32,000 nt of DNA from Caedibacter taeniospiralis (GCF_002803295.2 NZ_PGGB02000001.1:30001-62000); one strand, 5' to 3'. Shown: positions 10,100 to 18,729, numbered from the stretch's first letter. A program made the numbers and translations. Notes: a model not told the origin generated them from the sequence alone.

Positions 10100-10129
10100 T
10101 TGACATTGATGGCGAACTTTACCAATATT
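10100..10129 (+). promoter_or_regulatory. Candidate promoter for the E1/lipoyl/KAS III fusion gene
   Basis: TTGACA (10100-10105), 18-nt spacer, AATATT (10124-10129); immediately preceded by two copies of ATTTGCAT (10083-10090, 10092-10099). Confidence 0.35.
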
Positions 10130-10188
10130 TATCACACTAAAATCCCAGCTACTTTAAATTGTGGATATTTTTTAAGGAACCTCCATCA

Positions 10189-13100
10189 ATGAACGCAAAA
10201 ATTGCGAACTTAGACATGCTTATTCACTGCTATCAGAAAATGTATAGCATCCGTCAAATTGATAATACTGAAGCCGAAATGGTTAATAGTGGCAAAGCCA
10301 ACTTTCTAGCCTCATCCAAAGGACACGAAGGTGCCGCTATATTTGCTGAATATCTTAAACCTCAGGATTGGCTACATTGCCATTACCGTGACAAGCCTCT
10401 TATGCACGCCCGCGGCATGGAAGCTAAAACGTTTTTTTACAGCTCATTATGCAAAGCCGAAGGGGTTTCTAATGGACGCCAAATGGTTATTGGCGTAAGT
10501 GAACGTAAACTCAATATTGTCAGCATCATTACGCCCGTTGGCAATCAGGCATTGCCCGCAGTGGGGATCGCCCAAAGTATCAAAAACCAGGCTGACCATC
10601 CTGTTGTCTACTGTGGCATGGGTGACGGTACGACGCAACAGGGTGAAGTTCTAGAAGCTTTTGCTGAAGCAAAGCGCCGCCAGTTACCTGTTCTGTTTGT
10701 AGTCCAGGATAACGACTATGCTATTTCCACAAAAACGCGAGGTAAAACTTTCTTTTCACTACCTGATCAATCACAACCTGATCGGTTTTATGATATTCCA
10801 ATTAGCCATATCGATGGTACTAAGCCTTTTGCAGAACATGAGAAAATTGGGAGCATCATTAGCACTATGCGCAAAGATCGCGCGCCGCACATCATCATAT
10901 TTAAAGTTGAACGTTTAAATAGCCATAGCAACGCGGATGATCATCGCATTTATCGCCATCATGACGAACTGAAGTCTATCTTACAACGAGATCCTGTCAC
11001 TTTAAGTCGCGAATTTTTACTGGCACATGGCGTCAAAGAAAATTTCTTACAGGAAATGGAGGCAAAAACTTTACAATGCGTTAAAGAAGCGATGGAGCTG
11101 GCGTTAAAAGGCTCCACCCCACAACCTTGCTTTGATGCTGAATCGCCACTTCCAGCACATCTCTTACCCCATGCGCACGAGTATCGTGGTGACTTTTCTC
11201 AGCTAACACGCCTTGGAATGGGGGCCGCCATGCGTGAGGTATTTCGCCAGCGCTTACTTCGTGATGATCGCGTTTGCCTTTTGGGAGAAGATATTGAAGA
11301 TGAGAAAGGAGATGTCTTTGGCGTCACCAAAGGTTTATCGACACAATTTCCAGGACGCGTTGTTAATAGTCCATTAGCAGAGGCGACCATCATGGGGGTC
11401 ACCATTGGAATGGCGCTTACTGGCAAACGTCCTGTTGCGTTTATCCAGTTTGCTGATTTTATGCCTCCCGCGTACAACCTGCTTTTTACAGAATTAGCCA
11501 CCATGTACTGGCGCTCTAATGGTGATTGGGAATGCCCCGTAATCATCTTTGCCGCGTGTGGTGGCTACCGCCCAGGTTTAGGACCATTTCATGCACAAAC
11601 CAATGAGGGGACCTTTGCGCACATTCCTGGCATTGATGTCTACATGCCTTCAAATGCCGCAGATGCTGCTGGCATGTTGAATGCTGCCTTTGAATCTAAT
11701 CGCCCTAGCGTATTTTTGTACCCTAAAAAGTTACTTAACAATGCCAGCGTTGAAGACACAACTTCTACCGATGTCGATAAACAACTCGTGCCTGTGGGTA
11801 AGGCGCGAATTGTTAAAGCGGGGTCAGATTTAACTCTTATTGGCTGGGGAAATACGGTATCCTTGTGCCAAGAAGTTGCTGAAACCCTCGAAACCGTGGG
11901 CATTGACAGTGAAATCATCGATCTGCGCACGATTAAGCCTTATGATTTGCAAACGGTCTTAGCATCAGCTGAAAAAACCAGACATTTAATCGTCACGCAT
12001 GAAGATAATCTTACTTGTGGCGTTGGTGGTGATTTGATTGCTTCTGTGGCTGAAAACGCCAAGCATCCGATTAAAGTCAAACGCGTTACACGTGCCGATA
12101 CTTATGTACCGTGCAACTTTGACAATCAAATGGAAGTTTTGCCTTCCTATGAACGCATCCTAACTGCGGCGGCAGGGCTTTTAGACCTTTCTCTTGAATG
12201 GGAGGTGAAAAATCGCAATGATGCAGGCTTTTACAATGTTGAGGTAATTGGTGCGAGCCCATCTGATGAGAGCGTGTTAATCACTGAGCTACACGTTAAA
12301 GTAGGGGATAAGATCAAAGTTGGTGATAAATTGGTTGATCTGGAGGCAAGTAAATCAGCAGGGGAAATTTTATCTCCAAGTAATGGCACCATTGAAGAGA
12401 TTTATGTGACACAATCAGAGCGTGCCAGCGTTGGTGATAACTTATTAAAACTGCGCCTACCCGAGGGCTCCCATGATGAGCAAAAAACTCAAAAGCGCCC
12501 AATATTAACGCGCAAGATTCAAGAAGAAATCGCAAGACAAAATAAGCAGCACAGCATCTACCCTGTAGGGATAAGCACACCAAGCTTTAAAACAGGATCA
12601 AGATTAGTCACTAATGATGAGCTATTAAAGCATTTCCCTGAACACAACTCCCATGACATCATTGATCGCACGGGAATTGAATCACGGTTTTGGCTTAAGG
12701 ATGATGAGAATATCGTTGAGCTTGCAGCAGAAGTTGCCACAGAGGCTTTGACAAAGGGCAACTTAGGTCTTGCTGATATTGATATGGTGATTTGCGCAAC
12801 GACAACCCCTGATCAATACATATCACCATCCATGGTCTGCTTGATTTTAGAAAGACTCTACCAAGCTTATGGTGAACACCATATCCCCGCCTATGATATC
12901 AATGCAGCGTGCAGCGGTTACTTGTATGCGCTGCAAAATGCACGCGATTATTTGCAAACAAGACCTAATAAGCGGGTGCTTTTAATCACTGCTGAATACA
13001 TGACAAAACGCATGGATCCGACGGATTTTGATACGGCATTTTTATTTGGTGATGCTGCCACTGCTACCATTATTAACGGTGATCAGTATCAAAAAGATTC

Positions 13101-13524
13101 CAGAGCAGTTATTGAGGAAATCTCATTGACCGCAATTGCTGAAAGTGGAGAAGTGCTTAACATTCCAACGGCTGAATCGAAGTACACCCAATTGCAAGGC
13201 AAAAAACTGTTCACCTTTGCGGTTAAAACCATGTCGATGATCATGCACAAATGTTGTCAGCAAGCCAATATCGCGCTAAACAGTGTCGATCTAGTGATTC
13301 CTCATCAAGCCAATCAGCGTATCTCAAATGCGGTAGAAAAGCGCTTAAAAATGCACCCTGGAACTTTGTATAGCAACATCGCTCGCTTTGGAAACACCTC
13401 ATCGTGTACGATTCCTATTGCACTAAGTGAAACACTCGATAAGCAATCGGCAGACAAAACAGTTGCTCTTTGTGCTTTTGGTTCAGGTTTCACTGCAGCT
13501 GCTGCACTTTTACGCACAAAGTAG
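10189..13524 (+). CDS. Multidomain fusion: 2-oxoacid dehydrogenase E1-alpha + E1-beta + lipoyl-type domain + FabH-like 3-oxoacyl synthase III
   Basis: Start at ATG 10189 with AAGGA upstream. E1-alpha with thiamine motif GDG...N (10621-10713); E1-beta from about 11190 to 12210 (GEDIEDEKGDVFGVT, NSPLAEATIMGVTIGMA); lipoyl-like domain with VDLEASKSAGEI (candidate lipoyl Lys codon 12352-12354); KAS III from about 12550 with Cys in NAACSGYLYAL (12910-12912), His in PHQAN (13306-13308), Asn in FGNTSS (13393-13395). Confidence 0.95.
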   Translation: MNAKIANLDMLIHCYQKMYSIRQIDNTEAEMVNSGKANFLASSKGHEGAAIFAEYLKPQDWLHCHYRDKPLMHARGMEAKTFFYSSLCKAEGVSNGRQMVIGVSERKLNIVSIITPVGNQALPAVGIAQSIKNQADHPVVYCGMGDGTTQQGEVLEAFAEAKRRQLPVLFVVQDNDYAISTKTRGKTFFSLPDQSQPDRFYDIPISHIDGTKPFAEHEKIGSIISTMRKDRAPHIIIFKVERLNSHSNADDHRIYRHHDELKSILQRDPVTLSREFLLAHGVKENFLQEMEAKTLQCVKEAMELALKGSTPQPCFDAESPLPAHLLPHAHEYRGDFSQLTRLGMGAAMREVFRQRLLRDDRVCLLGEDIEDEKGDVFGVTKGLSTQFPGRVVNSPLAEATIMGVTIGMALTGKRPVAFIQFADFMPPAYNLLFTELATMYWRSNGDWECPVIIFAACGGYRPGLGPFHAQTNEGTFAHIPGIDVYMPSNAADAAGMLNAAFESNRPSVFLYPKKLLNNASVEDTTSTDVDKQLVPVGKARIVKAGSDLTLIGWGNTVSLCQEVAETLETVGIDSEIIDLRTIKPYDLQTVLASAEKTRHLIVTHEDNLTCGVGGDLIASVAENAKHPIKVKRVTRADTYVPCNFDNQMEVLPSYERILTAAAGLLDLSLEWEVKNRNDAGFYNVEVIGASPSDESVLITELHVKVGDKIKVGDKLVDLEASKSAGEILSPSNGTIEEIYVTQSERASVGDNLLKLRLPEGSHDEQKTQKRPILTRKIQEEIARQNKQHSIYPVGISTPSFKTGSRLVTNDELLKHFPEHNSHDIIDRTGIESRFWLKDDENIVELAAEVATEALTKGNLGLADIDMVICATTTPDQYISPSMVCLILERLYQAYGEHHIPAYDINAACSGYLYALQNARDYLQTRPNKRVLLITAEYMTKRMDPTDFDTAFLFGDAATATIINGDQYQKDSRAVIEEISLTAIAESGEVLNIPTAESKYTQLQGKKLFTFAVKTMSMIMHKCCQQANIALNSVDLVIPHQANQRISNAVEKRLKMHPGTLYSNIARFGNTSSCTIPIALSETLDKQSADKTVALCAFGSGFTAAAALLRTK

Positions 13525-13585
13525 TTGGCAGCGCACGGAAAACTGGTTAGATTAATTTTTGATAAATAAAGTTAAGAAAAATATT

Positions 13586-15889
13586 ATGGCGAAAAACCTT
13601 GTTATTGTGGAATCTCCTGCAAAATCCAAGACAATACAAAAATATTTAGGTAATGATTTTGAAATTCTTGCATCTTACGGTCATGTTCGTGATCTGGAGC
13701 CCAAGGAGACATCGGTGGATGTCGATGATCATTTTAAAATGAAATATCAGCTGATTGAACGCAACAAGCGTCATATTGATGCTATCAAAAAATCAGCAAA
13801 ATCGGCTCAGGAAATTTATCTGGCAACAGATCCAGATCGCGAAGGGGAGGCGATTTCCTGGCATATTTATGAGCTTTTAAACGAGGCAAACCTCCTTAAG
13901 GATAAAACGGTTCATCGCATTGCTTTTAATGAAATCACCAAGTCAGCAGTTAATGCCGCAGTAGCTAATCCACGCGAACTTGCGATGGACCTAGTCAACG
14001 CCCAACAAGCAAGGCGAGCACTCGATTTTCTTGTGGGCTTTAAGCTTTCGCCACTTTTATGGAAAAAAGTGCGCCGCGGACTTTCAGCCGGGCGTGTGCA
14101 AAGTCCTGCTCTTAGAATGATCGTTGAACGTGAGCTTGAGATAGAGGCATTTGAATCCAAAGAATATTGGAGTGTCACGGCAGAGCTTAAAAAACACAAG
14201 AAATTTATGGCTAAGCTTGTGCAGTTTAATCAGCAAAAGTGCGAACAATTTAGCTTCACCAATGAAGTGGATGCCCAAAATGCCTTGAGTCTTATTAAGA
14301 AAGATGCCAATGGCGAGCTCATCGTCAATGCCATTGAAAAGAAGCAAAAGAAACGCAATCCACTGCCTCCTTTTATCACATCAACGTTACAGCAAGATGC
14401 TGTGCGAAAGCTTGGATTTACCACCAAAAAAGCCATGATGTTAGCTCAACAGCTGTATGAAGGTATTGAGTTAGGAAGTGAGGGTGCCGTGGGTTTAATT
14501 ACTTACATGCGTACTGATTCAACTAATCTATCGCAGGAAGCGCTTACTGAACTTCGCACTTTCATTGTCAAAGAATATGGTCAGGACCATCTGCCAAGCA
14601 GCGCACGCATTTATAAAACCAAAAACCAAAATGCCCAGGAAGCACACGAAGCCATTCGCCCTACCTCAGCTTGGCGCAAACCTGAAGATGTCCGGGCTTT
14701 TTTATCTAATGAGCAATTTAAGCTCTATGATCTGATCTGGAAGCGTACGATTGCCTGCCAGATGATTCACGCCTTAATGGACACCGTTGCCATTGATTTT
14801 GTCACTCAGAATGAGGCGCATATCTTCAAGGCCACAGGATCGGTTATCGCAAGTCCCGGATTTTTAGCCGTCTATCAAGAAGCAAAGGACGAAGATGATG
14901 CTGGTGATGATAGTGAAGGGCTTATTTTACCCGAGTTTAACCAGGGTGAGAGAGTGCCTGTGGTTGATATTATTGGTAAGCAGCATTTTACCGAACCCCC
15001 ACCGCGTTACACCGAAGCTTCACTGGTTAAGGCACTGGAAGAATACGGCATTGGGCGTCCATCAACTTATGCCACGATTATCTCCACGCTACAGCAACGT
15101 GATTATGCGATTTTAGAGAAAAAACGCTTTAGTCCAACCGATGTTGGACGTATCGTTAATAGCTTTCTCACCGATTATTTTCACCGTTATGTTGAATATA
15201 CTTTTACGGCAAAACTCGAAGATGAACTCGATAACATTGCTGAGGGTAAAATCGAATGGATCCCCGTGCTTGAAAAATTCTGGCAGCCATTTATCCAGCA
15301 GGTCACAGAGATTGATGCTACGGTGAAAAAGAGTGATGTCACGCATGAAGAAATGAATGAGGACTGCCCTGAATGCGGGCATAAGCTTTCCATTCGCCTT
15401 GGTCGCACAGGACGCTTTATCGGTTGTACCAATTACCCTGCGTGCACTTACACGCGTGCAATCGTCAAGGATAATGAGGAACCCGTTGAAAAAGAAGCAC
15501 CTGAAATTGTACCAGATCGCAAATGCCCTGAGTGCGCGTCAGATCTACTCATTAAACAGGGAAGATATGGCAAGTTTATTGGTTGTTCAAGTTATCCCAA
15601 ATGCAAGCATATGGAACCACTGGAGAAGCCAAAGGATTTAGGAATTCAATGTCCTAAATGCAAAAAGAATAATTTTGTCGAAAAGAAATCACGCAAAGGC
15701 AAAGTGTTCTACACCTGCGCAGGCTTCCCCAAATGCAAAAACTCATTTTGGTATCCTCCCATTGAAGAACAATGCCCTAAGTGCCACTCCCCCATTCTAT
15801 TGCACAAAACAACTAAAAAAGATGGTGAACAAAAGGTCTGCCCGAATGAAGCGTGTGACTATTCTGTCAGTCTCTCACTCCCTGGCTGA
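13586..15889 (+). CDS. topA: DNA topoisomerase I
   Basis: MAKNLVIVESPAKSKTIQKYLG, YLATDPDREGEAISWH, GLITYMRTDSTNLS, YTEASLVKALEEYGIGRPSTYA, four C-terminal Cys4-type zinc ribbon units. Confidence 0.98.
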   Translation: MAKNLVIVESPAKSKTIQKYLGNDFEILASYGHVRDLEPKETSVDVDDHFKMKYQLIERNKRHIDAIKKSAKSAQEIYLATDPDREGEAISWHIYELLNEANLLKDKTVHRIAFNEITKSAVNAAVANPRELAMDLVNAQQARRALDFLVGFKLSPLLWKKVRRGLSAGRVQSPALRMIVERELEIEAFESKEYWSVTAELKKHKKFMAKLVQFNQQKCEQFSFTNEVDAQNALSLIKKDANGELIVNAIEKKQKKRNPLPPFITSTLQQDAVRKLGFTTKKAMMLAQQLYEGIELGSEGAVGLITYMRTDSTNLSQEALTELRTFIVKEYGQDHLPSSARIYKTKNQNAQEAHEAIRPTSAWRKPEDVRAFLSNEQFKLYDLIWKRTIACQMIHALMDTVAIDFVTQNEAHIFKATGSVIASPGFLAVYQEAKDEDDAGDDSEGLILPEFNQGERVPVVDIIGKQHFTEPPPRYTEASLVKALEEYGIGRPSTYATIISTLQQRDYAILEKKRFSPTDVGRIVNSFLTDYFHRYVEYTFTAKLEDELDNIAEGKIEWIPVLEKFWQPFIQQVTEIDATVKKSDVTHEEMNEDCPECGHKLSIRLGRTGRFIGCTNYPACTYTRAIVKDNEEPVEKEAPEIVPDRKCPECASDLLIKQGRYGKFIGCSSYPKCKHMEPLEKPKDLGIQCPKCKKNNFVEKKSRKGKVFYTCAGFPKCKNSFWYPPIEEQCPKCHSPILLHKTTKKDGEQKVCPNEACDYSVSLSLPG

Positions 15890-15948
15890 TGTAAAACCGT
15901 AGATTTTCCCCTCGTGACTTGCCATTCAATCCAGGGTGAATTATGCGC

Positions 15949-16198
15949 TAATGGCACTAAGTTAAGCAATAACTACCGCGCCTCGCAGAGGCTCGGCACC
16001 CCTTCACAAGTGAAGGGGAATTTTCTGAAAGCGCACCGCCTAATTCCCCTTCGTTAGCGAAGGGGGCGAAGCCCGTCTTGGAGAGCATAAACTGCTTTAT
16101 GCTCTCAAGGCTGAGCGCTGTAAGCTCTGCGCGCAGCTGGAGGACAATGCGAAGCGGACGGGCTAGTCCTAAAAACAGCTTAACTTAGTGCCATTAAG
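15949..16198. mobile_element. MITE-like non-coding element with 19-bp terminal inverted repeats and 8-bp flanking direct repeats
   Basis: TAATGGCACTAAGTTAAGC (15949-15967) is the exact reverse complement of GCTTAACTTAGTGCCATTA (16178-16196). TTATGCGC occurs directly on both sides (15941-15948 and 16199-16206). Interior has several perfect hairpins. Confidence 0.7.
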
Positions 16199-16873
16199 TT
16201 ATGCGCGCTTCTCTAAGAATTCCCCTTTTAAAAAGCTTGACACATCCTCAACAAAATAATCGATTTCTGGGTGAGCAATAAAGCGTGCGTGTGCGGTGTC
16301 ATCGGCATTTACCAACACAGTTGTCATGCCCATTTGTTTTGCGGGGATAAGATTATGCGATGAGTCTTCAAAGAACACCGCCTGCCTTGGATCTATGCTC
16401 AAACGATCAAAACAATACTGGTAGGCTTCTGGATTGGGTTTTGGTACCAACCCAGTGCACTCTAGTGTGACGACATCGTGGATGATTTTATCCAGCGTAA
16501 GCTTAGACATGACTCGATTTGCATGATAAAGCGAGCCATTGGTAAAAATCGACAAATGCTTGCCTTTAAGCTTAAGCTCACTGAGCAAACCCAGAAGCTC
16601 ATCATTAAGCTGCAAACGTTCCAAGGGCACATTATCAACCACCGCCAAAAATTCATACGGATCGACCCCATGATGATGCATTAAACCGTGCATGGTCGTG
16701 CCAAAGCTGTGATAATATTCTTCGCGTAAAAATTCCGCTTCTTTTCTTGTCACCTTGAGTTTTTCAACGATAAAGTCAGACATATTACTTAATTGCAGGT
16801 CAAAAAACGTGGAACTCGCCGAATAAAGCGTATTATCCAAATCAAAAACAAAGTGTTTAAAGTTCAAGTTCAT
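16199..16873 (-). CDS. HAD superfamily hydrolase, pyrimidine 5'-nucleotidase-like
   Basis: FVFDLDNTLYSAS (motif I DxDxT), LSIFTNGS (motif II), KPNPEAYQY (motif III Lys), FFEDSSHNLIPAKQMGMTTVLV (motif IV). Confidence 0.9.
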   Translation of the reverse strand: MNLNFKHFVFDLDNTLYSASSTFFDLQLSNMSDFIVEKLKVTRKEAEFLREEYYHSFGTTMHGLMHHHGVDPYEFLAVVDNVPLERLQLNDELLGLLSELKLKGKHLSIFTNGSLYHANRVMSKLTLDKIIHDVVTLECTGLVPKPNPEAYQYCFDRLSIDPRQAVFFEDSSHNLIPAKQMGMTTVLVNADDTAHARFIAHPEIDYFVEDVSSFLKGEFLEKRA

Positions 16874-17041
16874 AAAATAGCATCTTATTTGATTATGCCC
16901 CTAGATTAGAGGGTTTAGCCATTATTTAAAAGCGCTTTTATCTGTACATGCAGAAAAAATTTGCAGGATGTGCTGTTTGAAGCATCACTTTTCTTGAGAT
17001 CTTGGCACGGGCTTGCTGGCTGGTGAAAGCACATTAAGACC

Positions 17042-17887
17042 TTATTTCAATTGTTTAAGCTCGCCCACACTTAAGCCAGTTGCTGCGGATATTTGCTCAT
17101 CCGTAAGACCCAATTGTTTTAAATTCTTCGCTACCTCAAATTTGCCCTTGACAATTCCTTCCGCTCTAGCCTCTGCTTTGGCAATCTCCATATTATTCAC
17201 ATAAGCATAATGCTCATCCTCGATTTTCTCATATGCCAAAAGTTCTTCTTCTGTCCAGTTAAATGACTTCATTTCATCTAAGGCTTCGTGAATCGTTACC
17301 TCTTGCATAAGGTGACTGGGGAAATGCTCGCCTTCTTCGGCATGTTTGAAAAAGTAAATCCATTTATCCAGAATGCTGGTGAGCTCATCCGCGGACTTAT
17401 GGAATTTGTCCAGCTCGATAAAGGTATAACTAAAATCTTTAAGATAATTCTTATGGGTGGTTTGCTCAAGCATCACATGATAGGAAATATAGTGATTATG
17501 TTCTGGCAGAATGGTTTTGTTACAGATCGCGAGGAAAACCACTTCTTTCAAATCTTTATACTCGAGCTTTTTGACACGCTGCCCAATATAGGCACGTGAG
17601 GCATAGTACTGTGCGCGCTTGAGATACTCCAGAGTCGAAACCACCTGCATTTCGATGATAAATTTGTTGCCATTTTGATCCTGGCACATCACATCGACGA
17701 TGCTTATGCGCTGTTCATGCACCTCAGGCAAGTAAATGGTGGGCAGAAACTCTACGCTTTCAATGCGGCTCGCGCGAGCCAGCACGTCATTTAAAAAATG
17801 AATCAGGATGCCCTTGTTTTTCTCGGTGCCAAATAAGCGCCTAAAGGCAATATCGTTCTTAGGATCTAAATATTTCTGGATGGGCAT
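17042..17887 (-). CDS. Rpn family recombination-promoting nuclease/putative transposase (PD-(D/E)XK)
   Basis: YLDPKNDIAFRRLFGTEKNKGILIHFLNDVL, NKFIIEMQVVSTLEYLKRAQYYASRAYIGQ, C-terminal AKAEARAEGIVKGK... typical of PDDEXK_2/Rpn proteins. Start ATG at 17887. Confidence 0.88.
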   Translation of the reverse strand: MPIQKYLDPKNDIAFRRLFGTEKNKGILIHFLNDVLARASRIESVEFLPTIYLPEVHEQRISIVDVMCQDQNGNKFIIEMQVVSTLEYLKRAQYYASRAYIGQRVKKLEYKDLKEVVFLAICNKTILPEHNHYISYHVMLEQTTHKNYLKDFSYTFIELDKFHKSADELTSILDKWIYFFKHAEEGEHFPSHLMQEVTIHEALDEMKSFNWTEEELLAYEKIEDEHYAYVNNMEIAKAEARAEGIVKGKFEVAKNLKQLGLTDEQISAATGLSVGELKQLK

Positions 17888-18168
17888 GATCAACTACCTT
17901 GGTTAAAACTGTGCGGATTATAACATTACCCGATTGCCATGCAATTCCCCATCTTTAAGATACCTTTAGGCTGGTGGCTCTTCATAACTGTCAAACCACT
18001 CATCAAGATCAGAGTCTTTCTGTGACATGGTTTTATATTCAGCTGCAAAATCAATACTCCAAACTCAGCAAGAGCTTCCCGCAACCGTTATTGCGCTGCT
18101 TTTGCAAAGCCTGGCAGTTGTCAAACTATCAATAGTTTCGATATGCCCGCGATAAATTACTTTCGGCA

Positions 18169-18194
18169 GTTTCTTTTTTCCCGAAAAAAGAAAC
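18169..18194. repeat. Perfect hairpin (12-bp stem, 2-nt loop)
   Basis: GTTTCTTTTTTC CC GAAAAAAGAAAC. Confidence 0.8.
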
Positions 18195-18195
18195 C

Positions 18196-18220
18196 AAAAA
18201 GCTTGTCCTACAAGCTTTTT
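18196..18220. terminator. Bidirectional terminator-like hairpin (11-bp stem, 3-nt loop)
   Basis: AAAAAGCTTGT CCT ACAAGCTTTTT; T-tract closes the stem on either strand. Confidence 0.5.
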
Positions 18221-18433
18221 AACGCCAGTAAAATGGAATTTTTGCAAACTCGTGCATATCACTCAAACATACAAAAATCTACTCCATTTTCCTTGGCTAA
18301 AAACTTTAATGGGCAAGTAAGCTACCCATCCCTCAGAACCTGGTGTAACCATAAGCCTCAGATGCTCTGTGCGCATGGAAAGTTTTAGGCGCTTTGGGTG
18401 CAAGAAGGTTTTTAACTGTTTGAGTGAAACGAG

Positions 18434-18469
18434 TTTTAACCTGACCACTTTCAAGTGGTCAGGTTAAAA
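18434..18469. repeat. Perfect 17-bp-stem hairpin sharing its stem core with the element in the nuo operon
   Basis: TTTTAACCTGACCACTT TC AAGTGGTCAGGTTAAAA; CCTGACCACTTT also present at 28809-28820. Confidence 0.85.
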
Positions 18470-18624
18470 ACCGCGCCCAAATCACCGTTTAAAAACTTTC
18501 TGCGCTGGATTTCTCACCCCTCTGCCATACGCAGAGGTTATAGCATTAAATACCAGGCTAGGCTGCTGCAATGTCGGTATTACTTAAGGATAGCTGGACA
18601 ACACAAAACGCCTTTGAGAGGCTT

Positions 18625-18658
18625 GAGTCGTGTGACGGGAAACTCTCGTGCACGGTTC
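18625..18658 (+). ncRNA. Group II intron domain V-like sequence (probable 3' remnant of an intron)
   Basis: GAGTCGTGTGACGGGAAACTCTCGTGCACGGTTC: 34 nt, 8-bp closing stem (with G-U wobbles), 2-nt bulge, GAAA tetraloop, in the canonical register of bacterial D5. A longer hairpin, domain VI-like, follows (18662-18702). Confidence 0.7.
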
Positions 18659-18729
18659 TTAGGAAAGTGATCGCCAGCAATGACCATTGCTTATCATTTT
18701 CCAAGCACATCTCGCCCTCTTCTAGACGG

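Noticed and set aside
10159-10188. Upstream TTG start of the fusion ORF (MWIFFKEPPS extension)
   Set aside because: AAGGA ribosome-binding site is correctly spaced for ATG 10189, so the ten extra residues are unlikely to be translated.
12314-12583. Antisense ORF inside the fusion gene
   Set aside because: It and the other short antisense ORFs at 10447-13517 lie wholly within a strongly supported coding frame and have no recognisable domains.
13912-15432. Minus-strand ORFs opposite topA
   Set aside because: Shadow ORFs of topA with low-complexity translations and no domain signatures.
18369-18373. GTGCG as the 5' boundary of the group II intron
   Set aside because: Matches the GUGYG consensus, but such a short motif occurs by chance and no domain I structure could be supported, so no full intron is called.
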